Assembly (NCBI GenBank): GCA_017429985.1
Contig: JAFRNW010000018.1
Span: 259,120-323,119, forward strand
Reading direction: 5' to 3'
DNA: 64,000 bases
Source of the DNA: Clostridia bacterium
GTDB lineage: Bacteria; Bacillota; Clostridia; Christensenellales; CAG-138
The notes under the pieces were generated by a model. The model searched no databases. It saw only the letters and a list, made by a program, of their open reading frames with translations, and had not been told where the DNA came from. A program made the translations under genes and the position numbers. Each line of letters begins with the position of its first letter. Position 1 is the first letter of the stretch. Positions 27,684 to 38,055 of the stretch are shown piece after piece.

Positions 27684-29393
27684 ATGGAACAGGTCGATTC
27701 CGCATATGAAACTCTGCGCAAGCAGAAAGCAAAGAAAAAGAAAATCCGGACTGCCATCATCTGGGCTGTTATCATCCTGATTCTGGCAATCGGCGGTTTT
27801 ATGATCTACCGCGCTCTTTCCGCCGCAAAAGAAACACCGGCCGGAGGCGTGCTCCGTTACCGTTATGTCAGGATCGCTGAAGGTGAAATCCATACGACCA
27901 TCACCGGAAGCACAACTCTGAGCGCTGCCGATTCCGCTTCTTTCACCGCCGCAGCGGATGCGCGCGTAGAAGCCGTATATAAAGCGCCAGGCGAAACGAT
28001 TGAGGAAGGCGAGACCGTCATGGAACTGTCCAGCAGCTCGCTCGAGAACAAGCTGGAGGATCTGTACGCGGATCTCCTGAAGATACAGACCAAAATGACA
28101 GGCATCACAAAAACAAAATCCAATCTCAACATTACTGCCGTCCGGAAAGGAACCGTCAAAGATATCCGGGTGTCGGAGGGTGATGCGGTCGATTCCAGCC
28201 GTTATCTCTGCCTGATTTCCACAGACGGCCTCATGAAGATCACGATAGACGCCGCGGAAGGATTAAGGCCGTATGAAACGGTTCAGGTCACCGTAGGGTC
28301 CTCCACTGTCCCCGGCACCGTTGAGGAAATCAAAAACGGAAAAGCAACCGTGACCATACAGGACAGCAATTATGCGGTCGGCGAATCCGCCTCGGTCGGA
28401 CTTCCGGACGGAACTTCTCTCGGAAGCGGAAAACTCGAGGTCAATGAAGCGGTCGTCATCACATCGACTCCCGGCCAAATCGCGGAAGTGAAAGTTTCCG
28501 AAAATCAGGAAGTCAAGAAGAATGCCGTCCTGTTCGTGCTCGCGTCCGGCGCATATACTTCCACATACCAAAGCTATTACGAGCAGGAGCAGGATCTGCT
28601 CGACCAGATCTCTGCCATCGAAGACCAGCTCACGATCAAAGCGGAATGGCCGGCGCTTGTGACTTCCATCAGTGTAAAAGCAGGGGATGATGTTTCCTCC
28701 GGCGCGGCTCTCTGTTCCCTTACCGCGTCTTCCGGTTACCAGATCTCCCTCGGCATCGATGAGCTGGACGTTAAGGACGTATCCATCGGACAGGACGCAA
28801 AAATCACGCTGGACGCAATTGAGGATCAGGAATACACCGGTACCGTTACCAATCTTTCCTATGCCGGAACCGGAAGCTATGTAACGACTTATACGGCAAC
28901 CATCACAACGGAACCGATAGAGGGTGCTTATCCCGGAATGAGCGCAGACGTGGAGATATACACCAGCTCAAGCGGCGTTTCTCTGCTTGTCCCTGTTAAC
29001 GCGGTCCAGTATGAAGGTGACAGCACATTCGTATATCTGGTCCCCGACGGTTTTGATCAGTCTCAGAGTGAATCCGTTGATCTGGACAGCTTTACAAAGA
29101 TCTCTGTTGAAACCGGGATGTCGAACGGATCGTACATCGTTATCACCGGGGAAGACCTCCAGGTTGGAGATTTCCTGTGCGTTCCGACCATGGAGACCAC
29201 CTCCGTCTATTCTCCGTCCACAAGCAGCAACACTTCCATGACCATGTTCGGGGGCATGGGCGGCGCATCCATGCCGTCAGGTATGAGTGGATCCATGCCG
29301 TCAGGTATGGGCGGTTCGATGCCGTCAGGCATGGGTAGCGGCGAACGTCCGCGCGGTGATTTCAGCGGCGGAAACTGGACGCCCCGGGGCTAA
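27684..29393 (+). CDS. HlyD/MacA-type membrane-fusion (periplasmic adaptor) protein with a Gly/Met/Ser-rich C-terminal tail
   Basis: ORF 27555..29393 trimmed to the ATG at 27684, with GGAGG upstream. It has an N-terminal TM segment (AIIWAVIILILAIGGFMIY), lipoyl/beta-barrel-like segments, and sits directly upstream of MacB-type ATPase and permease genes. Confidence 0.8.
   Translation: MEQVDSAYETLRKQKAKKKKIRTAIIWAVIILILAIGGFMIYRALSAAKETPAGGVLRYRYVRIAEGEIHTTITGSTTLSAADSASFTAAADARVEAVYKAPGETIEEGETVMELSSSSLENKLEDLYADLLKIQTKMTGITKTKSNLNITAVRKGTVKDIRVSEGDAVDSSRYLCLISTDGLMKITIDAAEGLRPYETVQVTVGSSTVPGTVEEIKNGKATVTIQDSNYAVGESASVGLPDGTSLGSGKLEVNEAVVITSTPGQIAEVKVSENQEVKKNAVLFVLASGAYTSTYQSYYEQEQDLLDQISAIEDQLTIKAEWPALVTSISVKAGDDVSSGAALCSLTASSGYQISLGIDELDVKDVSIGQDAKITLDAIEDQEYTGTVTNLSYAGTGSYVTTYTATITTEPIEGAYPGMSADVEIYTSSSGVSLLVPVNAVQYEGDSTFVYLVPDGFDQSQSESVDLDSFTKISVETGMSNGSYIVITGEDLQVGDFLCVPTMETTSVYSPSTSSNTSMTMFGGMGGASMPSGMSGSMPSGMGGSMPSGMGSGERPRGDFSGGNWTPRG
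29265..29336 (+). repeat. Three in-frame 24-bp tandem repeats inside the MFP gene
   Basis: The three units are gcatccatgccgtcaggtatgagt, ggatccatgccgtcaggtatgggc and ggttcgatgccgtcaggcatgggt. They encode (A/G)SMPSGM(S/G) three times. Confidence 0.9.
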
Positions 29394-29408
29394 GGCAGGA
29401 GCAGATAT

Positions 29409-30089
29409 ATGATTCTGATGAAGAACATATCCAAAACGTTTTACGTCGGCGATGAGATCGTCAGGGCGCTTCAGGATGTTTCCCTGCATATCCGCCCGAA
29501 CGAATTCGTTGCGGTCTGCGGTCCTTCCGGTTCGGGTAAAACCACCCTCATGAACATCATGGGATGTCTGGATAATGCCGATTCCGGGACCTATCTTCTG
29601 GACGGTGTGGATGTGGCGGAATGCAACGACCGCCAGCTTTCGGACATCCGGAGTCTGAAGATCGGCTTTATCTTCCAGCAGTTCAATCTTCTGGACCAGA
29701 TGAACGCCCTCGAAAATGTGGAACTGCCTCTGATCTATCAGAAAGTCGGCGTCAGGGAACGGATTGAACGTGCCAAGGAAGCGCTGGATCTGGTCGGGCT
29801 GAGCAATCGGATCCACCACAAGCCTTCCCAGCTTTCAGGCGGACAGCAGCAGCGCGTTGCGATTGCCCGCGCGCTTGCTTCCAACGCCAGAGTCATTCTT
29901 GCGGATGAGCCTACCGGAAACCTGGACAGCAAGTCCGGCGAGGATGTTATGAATCTTATCGGAAATCTTACCGAAAAAAACTGCACCGTGGTACTGATCA
30001 CGCACAATCCCGACGTCGCGAAAATGGCGCACCGCACGATCTACGTGCATGACGGACGCATCTATCAGGAAAAGGAGGGCATCATCTGA
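29409..30089 (+). CDS. MacB/LolD-type ABC transporter ATP-binding protein
   Basis: 226 aa: [44 protein letters not shown]. Confidence 0.9.
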   Translation: MILMKNISKTFYVGDEIVRALQDVSLHIRPNEFVAVCGPSGSGKTTLMNIMGCLDNADSGTYLLDGVDVAECNDRQLSDIRSLKIGFIFQQFNLLDQMNALENVELPLIYQKVGVRERIERAKEALDLVGLSNRIHHKPSQLSGGQQQRVAIARALASNARVILADEPTGNLDSKSGEDVMNLIGNLTEKNCTVVLITHNPDVAKMAHRTIYVHDGRIYQEKEGII

Positions 30090-30090
30090 C

Positions 30091-31260
30091 ATGACCATGT
30101 TTTTGAACACCGTGCGGCTTGCTCTCCGCTCCACGCTTTCAAACAAAATGCGCTCTTTCCTGACCATGCTCGGCATCATTATCGGCGTTGTCGCCGTCGT
30201 TATGCTCATGTCCATCTCAAACGGCGCTACCCAGACGATCACAGACGCGATCTCCTCAATGGGAACAGACCGGCTCACGATCATGGTTACCAACAGCGAC
30301 GTTTCCCTGAAAGCGCAGGATTACGACGGTCTGCTGGAGTATTCCGATTATATCGCCGCCGTTTCGCCGTATCTGTCGATTTCGGGAACCGCAAGATATA
30401 AGTCAGAATACACAAGCGCCAGCGCAGTCGGCGTCACGGAAAACTATATGTCCATCAATGACATGGAACTTCAGGCGGGGCGCGGAATCGTTCCGTCCGA
30501 TCTGGAATGGCGGACGGATGTCGCTGTGATCGGAACGGAAATCGCGGAAGAACTGTACGAAAGCTATGACGTGATCGGCAAAACGCTGACCATGAACGGC
30601 AAAACATTCACGGTCGTCGGTCTTCTCGAGGAAGCCGGCACCACACTCACAGGCTCGCTGGATTCCTCTGTTCTGATCCCTCTGACCTCTGCGCAGCGGA
30701 TATCGGATACCACCGACATTACGACCGTTTATGTCAAATCCGTTTCGTCTGATGTGATCGAGCAGGCTCAGACTGTCGCAGAGCTTTACATGAAGAATCT
30801 GACGCAGGACGAGGATTCCTACAGTGTATTCAATCTTTCGCAGCTTCTGGATACCCTTGACACCGTCATGAACACCATGTCCCTTATGCTTGGAGGAATT
30901 GCCGCGATCTCGCTGATCGTCGGAGGTATCGGGATTATGAATATCATGCTGGTTTCCGTAGCGGAACGCATCCGTGAAATCGGTATCCGCAAAGCGATCG
31001 GCGCAAAGAGAGGGCATATCCTCTCTCAGTTTCTGATAGAGGCGGTTGTTCTGTCCGTTATGGGGGGCCTGATTGGTCTTCTGGTATCCGAGATCGGGAT
31101 GAAGGTCGTCAGTCATGCTTTTGGAACGGAGCTGAATGTTGATTTCAGCGTCGCGGTTGGCGCACTTCTTTTCTGTACGGTCATAGGTGTGATCTTCGGC
31201 ATCTATCCCGCCAATAAAGCATCCAAACTGACACCTATCGATGCGCTCCAGCGGAAATAA
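30091..31260 (+). CDS. MacB/FtsX-type ABC transporter permease
   Basis: ORF 30049..31260 trimmed to the ATG at 30091, just after the ATPase stop codon. It has the N-terminal TM segment, extracytoplasmic domain and C-terminal FtsX 3-TM module (ERIREIGIRKAIGAKRGHI). Confidence 0.85.
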   Translation: MTMFLNTVRLALRSTLSNKMRSFLTMLGIIIGVVAVVMLMSISNGATQTITDAISSMGTDRLTIMVTNSDVSLKAQDYDGLLEYSDYIAAVSPYLSISGTARYKSEYTSASAVGVTENYMSINDMELQAGRGIVPSDLEWRTDVAVIGTEIAEELYESYDVIGKTLTMNGKTFTVVGLLEEAGTTLTGSLDSSVLIPLTSAQRISDTTDITTVYVKSVSSDVIEQAQTVAELYMKNLTQDEDSYSVFNLSQLLDTLDTVMNTMSLMLGGIAAISLIVGGIGIMNIMLVSVAERIREIGIRKAIGAKRGHILSQFLIEAVVLSVMGGLIGLLVSEIGMKVVSHAFGTELNVDFSVAVGALLFCTVIGVIFGIYPANKASKLTPIDALQRK

Positions 31261-31280
31261 GTTTCAGATAAAAAAAGATT

Positions 31281-31310
31281 CAGCGGCCCGCATGGGCCGC
31301 TGTGTTTTTC
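31281..31310. terminator. Bidirectional rho-independent terminator
   Basis: CAGCGGCCC-gcat-GGGCCGCTG followed by TGTTTTTCTG on the plus strand. An A-run at 31271-31277 provides the U-run for the convergent minus gene. Confidence 0.75.
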
Positions 31311-31334
31311 TGTATTCATACTGTATTCGGAACG

Positions 31335-31814
31335 CTACTTTGAAAAAACGCATTCCCTGCAGCTATCGTCCTGCGCTCCGGTCCATTTCAGTTTTCCGCT
31401 GTCCACTTCAAAATATCCGGTTCCATTCGTGTACAGAATGTCGTGAGACGGTCCTTCCGGACTGTCATCCGAGGCAAAGTACTCATTGATGCAGTCTGAA
31501 TAGACAAGCCTGTCCCCCTCCAGCACGGCTTTCATCTCCCATCTGTAATACGCAAACGCGGAATCTGACCATGATACGACGATATGGAGACCGCTTTCGC
31601 CTGCTTCCGCCTCCATCATTGCCCTTTGGCTGTATTCGTCCTCGTAATCCCCGTCAAACACCGAATAGTCCGTTTTCTGCTGCACATCTTCCGTTATCTC
31701 AGGTTCCGGAACGGCCGTTACCGCAACCGCCGCGTCCTGCTGTACCTTTTTTGCGCCGCATCCTGCCACCACGATCAGCAGCGCTGCTGCAGTGAAAATC
31801 ATCCATTTTCTCAT
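31335..31814 (-). CDS. Lipoprotein of unknown function
   Basis: 159 aa. The signal is MRKWMIFTAAALLIVVAGCG with a lipobox. I recognised no family. Confidence 0.6.
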   Translation of the reverse strand: MRKWMIFTAAALLIVVAGCGAKKVQQDAAVAVTAVPEPEITEDVQQKTDYSVFDGDYEDEYSQRAMMEAEAGESGLHIVVSWSDSAFAYYRWEMKAVLEGDRLVYSDCINEYFASDDSPEGPSHDILYTNGTGYFEVDSGKLKWTGAQDDSCRECVFSK

Positions 31815-31928
31815 CTTTGATACTCCATTCGTTTGTACTTTCCGCCCGAAAAAAACTGCTCCTCAGATGATGCTTCGGAGCAGAACATGTCCCTCATGGA
31901 TCGATATGCGCTTTTTTATTCCGCAGGA

Positions 31929-33092
31929 TCATTTCCCGCCGAACACGTCCGAAATGAATCCGCCGACAGAATCAAAGAATCCCGTGACTCGTTCAAAGAC
32001 GCCGGATACGGTTTTGGAGACCTTCTTCGCGGTATCCGCTTTCTCGGACAGATTGGAAAGCTCTTCCTGAAGTTCCGTCTCGTTCAGACCTTCCAGCTTT
32101 CTGCACAGTCTGAGGATCCGGTTTACCTGGGCGTCTGTGATTTCGACAAAATTGGCATCCGCAATGTTCCGGATCTCCGCCCGGACCTCTTCGTCGTTCA
32201 TGTTCTTCGTCTGGTCCAGGATGCCTTTCAGTTCCGAAATCAGTTCCGTGGCCTCTTCTTTTCCGATATCCCTGGACAGATCTCCGGTCAGCACGAGCTC
32301 TTCTGCGCCGACCTTCTTTGCCGTCCGGGACAGCTGATCCCCGGTAACCACTTCATATGCTTTGTAAATACCGGTCAGAGCTCCGGTCCCGGAAACCGGA
32401 TACGGCGCGCTGACGATCACCCTTGCGTCGGTGACACCGGCCGTGGTAAGGGCGTTGATATACATGCTTTCCGCACAGTAATTGATGTTATGCAGCTTCA
32501 CGGAAAGCCCGGAACCCTTCTCGAGAACGGTGATATAGCAGCAGGAAAGCGCAACCGTGCCGATCTTTTTATCGGGAACGATGCCTTCCAGATATTCCCG
32601 CTCCTCGGAATTGGTAACCTTCAGCTCCCTGACGGAACCCATCTTGATGCCAAAGTCGGAATATACCGCTTTCCGCTGCGCGTCGGTAAGATCCGCGCCC
32701 ATCGTAACGCACTGGTCCTTGACAAGAACGCCGGCGCCGGAAGGCTTTTCAGAAGCGGTGGGAATTGCGGGCTCAATGACGATCGGCTCAATGATGACCG
32801 GTTCCTGTGTCTCAGTGGAAGCGGGGGACTCCACAGGGGTGGCAACGGGCTCCGGCGTCACGTCCGGTACCGGAGTGGCCGTCGGATCAGGCTCATCCGT
32901 CGGCTCGGGCTCGGGGGTGACTTCCGGTTCGGAAGAAGGAGACGGGGTTTCCTCCGGCTCGACCGTCTGCGTGGGAGAAGGCGTTGCGGTTTCCTCGGGC
33001 AGCGTGTCGCCGTCTTCAGCAAAAGCAACGGGCAGAAACAGCCCCAGACAGAATATGACCGCTAAAATAATGGCAACGCTCTTTTTCAGCAT
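31929..33092 (-). CDS. Secreted DUF1002 (YpuA-like) protein with a Pro/Thr/Glu-rich linker
   Basis: 387 aa with a signal peptide and a PEPEPT-type low-complexity region. The core, GADLTDAQRKAVYSDFGI..VTNSEEREYLEGIVPDKKIGTVALSC..YPVSGTGALTGIYKAYE, resembles DUF1002. Confidence 0.65.
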   Translation of the reverse strand: MLKKSVAIILAVIFCLGLFLPVAFAEDGDTLPEETATPSPTQTVEPEETPSPSSEPEVTPEPEPTDEPDPTATPVPDVTPEPVATPVESPASTETQEPVIIEPIVIEPAIPTASEKPSGAGVLVKDQCVTMGADLTDAQRKAVYSDFGIKMGSVRELKVTNSEEREYLEGIVPDKKIGTVALSCCYITVLEKGSGLSVKLHNINYCAESMYINALTTAGVTDARVIVSAPYPVSGTGALTGIYKAYEVVTGDQLSRTAKKVGAEELVLTGDLSRDIGKEEATELISELKGILDQTKNMNDEEVRAEIRNIADANFVEITDAQVNRILRLCRKLEGLNETELQEELSNLSEKADTAKKVSKTVSGVFERVTGFFDSVGGFISDVFGGK

Positions 33093-33417
33093 TAATTGCC
33101 TCCTTCACACAAAAAAAGCGAAAAGTATCACTTTTCGAATAGAAGTATAGCAAATATTTATGAACGTGCCGCTACAAGTTTGTTAACTTGCTGTGACGAC
33201 ATGTTTATCCGGCCAGAATCGGCCATTATCCGCCGATTGTTCCCGAAACACCATCCTCCTGATGTCCGGAAAACGGGTCTTTCAGAACCGTGTTTTCCCC
33301 GCGCCTTCCCCGCAGATTTGCAGCCATCGTATCCGCGTGCCTGTGCCTCGTCTGCTTTGACTTTATCGGCATGTTCCATTACAATAAGTACCAGAGCATC
33401 TGAAAGGAGTACCTTGT

Positions 33418-33951
33418 ATGCAATATCAGGGAACCTTTAAAATTGGTCTGAAAGAAAACTTCCGGTACAACTGGTTCATTTCCAACCGAAGAATGATCGT
33501 AACGTCTGTCGTTGTGTTTGCGCTTATTCTGCTGCTCAATGCCTTTCTGGGATTCATCTACCAGCGGGTCGAATCCTTCGGTGCCGGGATCCTCGCGTAT
33601 CTCCCCTATGCGCTGGGCGGTGCGGTATTGATCTATCTGTTCAGCCTTCTTTTTATGTATATGCGGCTCAGAACCTTGTACAAAAAGAAACAGCTGGATC
33701 CTTTCGAGCAGAAGATCATCATTAACCGCGAGGGCGTGCACGGAGCCTCTGCAAAGGGGGATATCGATCTGCCGTTCAACAAGATCGGAATGATCCGGGA
33801 ATCGGGCACCGACTTCGTGATTTTCGTAACGGATACACACGCCTATGTCCTGCCGAAGAATCAGATGAAAAACCCTTCCGAGGATTCCGAAACCATCCGG
33901 AAGATCCTCCGCAAGTATATGGATGCATCCAAACTCCGAATAAAGGGCTGA
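33418..33951 (+). CDS. YcxB-like membrane protein
   Basis: 177 aa with two central TM helices. The C-terminal FVIFVTDTHAYVLPKNQM segment is typical of YcxB-like proteins. Assignment is by eye. Confidence 0.5.
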   Translation: MQYQGTFKIGLKENFRYNWFISNRRMIVTSVVVFALILLLNAFLGFIYQRVESFGAGILAYLPYALGGAVLIYLFSLLFMYMRLRTLYKKKQLDPFEQKIIINREGVHGASAKGDIDLPFNKIGMIRESGTDFVIFVTDTHAYVLPKNQMKNPSEDSETIRKILRKYMDASKLRIKG

Positions 33952-33969
33952 ACCCCTTGAAACAATCAA

Positions 33970-34004
33970 CGCCTTGACCCGTTCAAGGCGCTTTCTCTTT
34001 ATTT
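33970..34004 (+). terminator. Terminator-like hairpin after the YcxB-like gene
   Basis: CGCCTTGA-cccgt-TCAAGGCG followed by CTTTCTCTTTATTT. It sits only about 27 nt before the sbcD start, so read-through is likely. Confidence 0.5.
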
Positions 34005-34030
34005 GTATCGTTATCTGTATCGGAGGACCC

Positions 34031-35167
34031 ATGAAGTTCTTTCATCTTTCCGACCTGCACATCGGGATCCGGTTCAAGGAATACAGCCTTCTGGATGACC
34101 AGAAGTATATCTTCCGTAAAGTTTTTGATCTCATCGATTCCGAGAATCCTGACGCGGTCGTCATCGCTGGCGACATCTATGATAAACCTTCTCCACCTGC
34201 GGAAGCGGTCGCGGTTTTCGATGACTTCCTTTCCGCTCTGCACGACAGGCAGGTTCACGTCCTGATTATCAGCGGGAATCATGATTCGCCGCAGAGGATC
34301 GCGTTCGGGTCCAGGTTCGTGGATCAGCGGATCCATTTGTCGCCGGCATATGACGGATCCGTCAAAGCGGTAAAAATCGGCGACCGTTTCGGAACGGTTT
34401 CCTTTTATCTGCTCCCCTTTGTAAAACCCTCAACGGTGCGCCAGTTTTTTGATGAAGAGCCCGTCCCCACCTATACCGACGCCATACGAACGGCCATCGC
34501 GCACATGGATATCGATCCGGGCGGAAGAAACGTTCTCGTTGCTCACCAGTTCGTCACCGGCGCGCAGACCTGCGAATCGGAGGAAATAACCGTCGGAGGC
34601 GCCGGCAATGTGGATCGTTCGGTCTTTGCCCCGTTCGACTATGTCGCGCTCGGACATCTTCACGGACCGCAGAACATCGCGGGCGATCCCCGCATCCGCT
34701 ACTGCGGAACACCGCTGAAATACTCGTTTTCCGAAATCACACAGACCAAGTCCGTAACGGTGGTAGAGATGGAGCAAAAGGGCGCTGTTTCGGTCCGGCA
34801 GATTCCTTTGGTCCCGCTCCACGACATGCGTGAGATCCGGGGAACCTATAACGAGCTGACCTTTAAAAAGAATTATGACGGAACGGCGGTGGACGATTAT
34901 CTCCATGCCGTCCTGACCGATGAAGAAGACGTTCCCAACGCTCTTGCCAGGCTCAGAACGATCTATCCGAACATCCTGGCGCTTGATTATGACAACACCA
35001 GAACCAGAAGCAGCGCGTCTTTCGCAGCGGGTACAGCCGTTGCGCAGAAAAGCGCCATCGAACTGTTTATGGAGCTGTATGAGAAGCAGAACGGCCAGCA
35101 GATGAGCGAAGAGCAGAAGCAGTATTCCATAGCACTCTTCGAGAAAATCAGGGAGGGAGAACGATGA
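34031..35167 (+). CDS. sbcD: Exonuclease SbcD (Mre11-type nuclease)
   Basis: ORF 33974..35167 trimmed to the ATG at 34031, with GGAGGA upstream. Motifs: MKFFHLSDLHIG, AGDIYD, SGNHDS, GHLHG. Confidence 0.9.
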   Translation: MKFFHLSDLHIGIRFKEYSLLDDQKYIFRKVFDLIDSENPDAVVIAGDIYDKPSPPAEAVAVFDDFLSALHDRQVHVLIISGNHDSPQRIAFGSRFVDQRIHLSPAYDGSVKAVKIGDRFGTVSFYLLPFVKPSTVRQFFDEEPVPTYTDAIRTAIAHMDIDPGGRNVLVAHQFVTGAQTCESEEITVGGAGNVDRSVFAPFDYVALGHLHGPQNIAGDPRIRYCGTPLKYSFSEITQTKSVTVVEMEQKGAVSVRQIPLVPLHDMREIRGTYNELTFKKNYDGTAVDDYLHAVLTDEEDVPNALARLRTIYPNILALDYDNTRTRSSASFAAGTAVAQKSAIELFMELYEKQNGQQMSEEQKQYSIALFEKIREGER

Positions 35168-37941
35168 GACCGCTGAAACTGACCGTCTCCGCATTTGGTC
35201 CGTATGCGGACCGGATCACGCTGGATCTGGACCGGCTGGGCGAAAGCGGCCTGTATCTGATCACCGGTGACACGGGAGCCGGTAAAACCACCATTTTCGA
35301 CGCAATCACGTTCGCTCTGTTCGGAGAAACGAGCGGTGAGACCCGAAACCCCTCCATGCTCCGTTCCAAGTATGCCGATCCCGATACGCCTACCGAGGTC
35401 GAGCTGGTATTTGCATACGGAAACAAAACCTATACCGTAAAAAGAAATCCGACGTACCAGCGTCCAAGCAGGCGCGGAACCGGATTCACGACCTGTTTTG
35501 CCAATGCCGAGCTGCATTTTCCGGACGGTCGTCCTCCGGAAACGCAGGTTTCACGGGTCAATAAAGCCATTGAAGAGATCATCGGCCTGTCCTTCAGTCA
35601 GTATTCGAGAATTGCATTGATCGCGCAGGGGGAATTCCAGAAGCTGCTGACCGCGGATACGAAGGAACGCCAGGGGATATTCCGCAGCATATTCAAAACG
35701 GAGGTTTTCGAACAGTTTCAGAGTGCCCTGAATCTCAGGGCAAGGGATCTCGCCCGCCAGTGTGAAACGACACAGAACAGCATCAGTCAGTACCTGTCCG
35801 GCATCCGGTGGGATGAAGGCAGTCCTCTCTCCCGGGATGCAGATCTGGCGAGCCAGGGAAAACTGCCTCCTGCGGATATCGATGCCGTGATCCAATCGCT
35901 GATCGACTCCGACATTCATCTCAGAAAGGAGCTGACGGCGGAAATAGAGCGTTCCGATAGGGAAATCGAAGCCGTATCGGTCCGTATATCTGCCGCGGAA
36001 GAAGCACAGAAAAACAGGGCCGCGCTGCTGGAAGCCCGCAGATCCCTTTCCGGTTCGGAAGCGGAAGAATCCCGGCTTCTGGCTGCTTTGACCCGGGAAT
36101 CCGAAAGAAAGCAGGATATGGACCGGATCGCGTCAGAATGCGCTTCCCTTGAAAAGGACCTGACCGCATACAACGAACTGGACAGCATCGAAAAGGCCGT
36201 CACAGATACAAAAAAAGCCCTTCAAAGCGATTTTGAAGGCCGCATCACGGTCAGCCGGAAGCTGAACGACCGAAAAACAAACCGGCTTTCCCTGCAGGAA
36301 GAGCTGCAGTCGCTCGATGACGCCGGCGAAAACCTCATCCGGCTGACGCAGCAGGGTGATAATCTGAAAAAACAAATCGCCGATCTGAACAGTCTGCAGG
36401 AGACTCTGAACCGTTACGGTCAGCTGCTTCAGGCGCTGACGGAAGCGCAGAAGAGGTTCCGCGAAGCGCAGCTTCGTGCCGACGATCAGGCAGGAAAAGC
36501 CAGACTGCTGCGTTCCCAGTTCAATGCCGAGCAGGCCGGTCTGATGGCCGCTTCCCTGACGGAAGGCCAGCCGTGTCCTGTCTGCGGTTCCACGCATCAC
36601 CCAAATAAAGCCGCCGCTTCCGAAACCGCGCCTTCCGAAGCAGAAGTTACGCGGTCTGAAAAAGCAGCGTCAGCCATGCAGGAAGCCGCCAGCCGCGAAA
36701 GTGAAAAAGCACACGAAATTCGGGGAAAAATAGATACCATGGCCGGTTCCCTGCGCGAGCGCGCTGTCTCTCTCGCCGGCACGGACGATTTGAACGATCT
36801 GGATTCTGTTCTGTCTGAAACTCTCAAAACAAGCAAACGGCTGCTCTCGGAATGCGAAGAAAATTGCGCGCGGGAAAGGAGCCGTGTCGCCCGGAAAAAC
36901 AAGCTGAGCCTGCTTCTTCCCGATTATGACAAAGAGATTCAGGAACTGTCCGACCGGCAGGGAATGCTTTCCGAGGCTGTTTCCGCCCACAAGGCAAAAC
37001 TCGACGCTCTTTCAGAGCAGGCGGCTTCTGTCCGGTCAGGACTGCGTTACCCGGCAAAAAAACAGGCCGTGGATAAAATCGACTCCCTCCGGAAACAGGT
37101 CTCCGGGTACGAGGAAACCATGAAAAAGCTCCGGGAGGACCACAGCAGCAGTAAAGCCGCCAGCGCCGGATTCAGGGGGCAGATCCATCAGCTGGAAACC
37201 ATCCTGAAAGATGCCCGCGAAGAAGACATTGACGGCCTGGTCCATGAAAAAACCGTCCTTACCGACACCCGCCGCCTGCTGGATGCGAAGCGTGAATCTG
37301 CGGGCATCCGTCTGGAGGCCAATTCCGGCGTGCAGACGAATGTCAGGCATTGTTCGGAAGAATTACAGGAACTGGACCGGAAATACCAGTGGATGAATGC
37401 GCTGTCCGAAACGGCGAACGGGAATCTGAAGGGCAAGGAAAAAATATCTTTGGAGTCGTATGTCCTTGCCGAGTATTTTGACCACATTCTAAGGCGCGCC
37501 ACAAAGCATATGATGCGGATGTCCTCGGGGCAGTATGATCTGATCCGCAATAAGTCGTCCGAATCCCTCCGGAGTCAGAGCGGACTGGAACTGAATGTCC
37601 TTGACCACGTTAACGGTACGGAACGCAGCGTCAGGACGCTTTCCGGGGGCGAATCGTTCCTCGCTTCCCTCTCCCTTGCGCTCGGGCTGTCGGAAGAAAT
37701 CATGGAAACCGCGGGCGGGATCCGTCTGGATGCCATGTTCGTGGATGAAGGGTTCGGATCGCTGGATGACGAAACGCTCCAGCAGGCCATGCGCGCGCTG
37801 CAGAGTCTGACGGACGATCACCGCCTTGTCGGAATCATATCGCATGTCTCGGAACTGAGAAGCCAGATCGATAATCAGATCGTCGTGAAAAAGGACAGGA
37901 CAGGAAAAAGCTGCGCGGAAATCCGTACCGAGCAGCGCTGA
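35164..37941 (+). CDS. sbcC: Exonuclease SbcC (Rad50-type ATPase)
   Basis: 925 aa with Walker A GDTGAGKTTIFDAI, long coiled coils, the zinc hook CPVCGSTHHP, signature LSGGESF and Walker B MFVDEGFGSLD. 4-nt overlap with sbcD. Confidence 0.9.
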   Translation: MRPLKLTVSAFGPYADRITLDLDRLGESGLYLITGDTGAGKTTIFDAITFALFGETSGETRNPSMLRSKYADPDTPTEVELVFAYGNKTYTVKRNPTYQRPSRRGTGFTTCFANAELHFPDGRPPETQVSRVNKAIEEIIGLSFSQYSRIALIAQGEFQKLLTADTKERQGIFRSIFKTEVFEQFQSALNLRARDLARQCETTQNSISQYLSGIRWDEGSPLSRDADLASQGKLPPADIDAVIQSLIDSDIHLRKELTAEIERSDREIEAVSVRISAAEEAQKNRAALLEARRSLSGSEAEESRLLAALTRESERKQDMDRIASECASLEKDLTAYNELDSIEKAVTDTKKALQSDFEGRITVSRKLNDRKTNRLSLQEELQSLDDAGENLIRLTQQGDNLKKQIADLNSLQETLNRYGQLLQALTEAQKRFREAQLRADDQAGKARLLRSQFNAEQAGLMAASLTEGQPCPVCGSTHHPNKAAASETAPSEAEVTRSEKAASAMQEAASRESEKAHEIRGKIDTMAGSLRERAVSLAGTDDLNDLDSVLSETLKTSKRLLSECEENCARERSRVARKNKLSLLLPDYDKEIQELSDRQGMLSEAVSAHKAKLDALSEQAASVRSGLRYPAKKQAVDKIDSLRKQVSGYEETMKKLREDHSSSKAASAGFRGQIHQLETILKDAREEDIDGLVHEKTVLTDTRRLLDAKRESAGIRLEANSGVQTNVRHCSEELQELDRKYQWMNALSETANGNLKGKEKISLESYVLAEYFDHILRRATKHMMRMSSGQYDLIRNKSSESLRSQSGLELNVLDHVNGTERSVRTLSGGESFLASLSLALGLSEEIMETAGGIRLDAMFVDEGFGSLDDETLQQAMRALQSLTDDHRLVGIISHVSELRSQIDNQIVVKKDRTGKSCAEIRTEQR

Positions 37942-37967
37942 CCGGGAATCAATATCCTGATAAAATA

Positions 37968-37995
37968 CATGCGTGCCGGCAATCGCCGGCACGCA
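37968..37995. terminator. Strong hairpin between the convergent sbcC and permease genes
   Basis: ATGCGTGCCGGC-aatc-GCCGGCACGCAT, a 12-bp perfect stem. The U-tract is better for the minus transcript (GUAUUUUAUC) than for the plus transcript. Confidence 0.6.
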
Positions 37996-38055
37996 TATTA
38001 TTCACTGAGAAATGGAGCAATCTTGTCATTTCCTTATAATGGTCTTAAGAGAGCA

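Noticed and set aside
24654-34031. N-terminal extensions given by the ORF track (starts at 24654, 26313, 27555, 30049, 33974)
   Set aside because: Internal ATGs preceded by strong GGAGG-type RBSs give canonical N-termini (lipoprotein signal, MFP TM segment, MKFFHLSDLH of SbcD). The extensions are Cys/His/Phe-rich and run through promoter-like AT-rich DNA.
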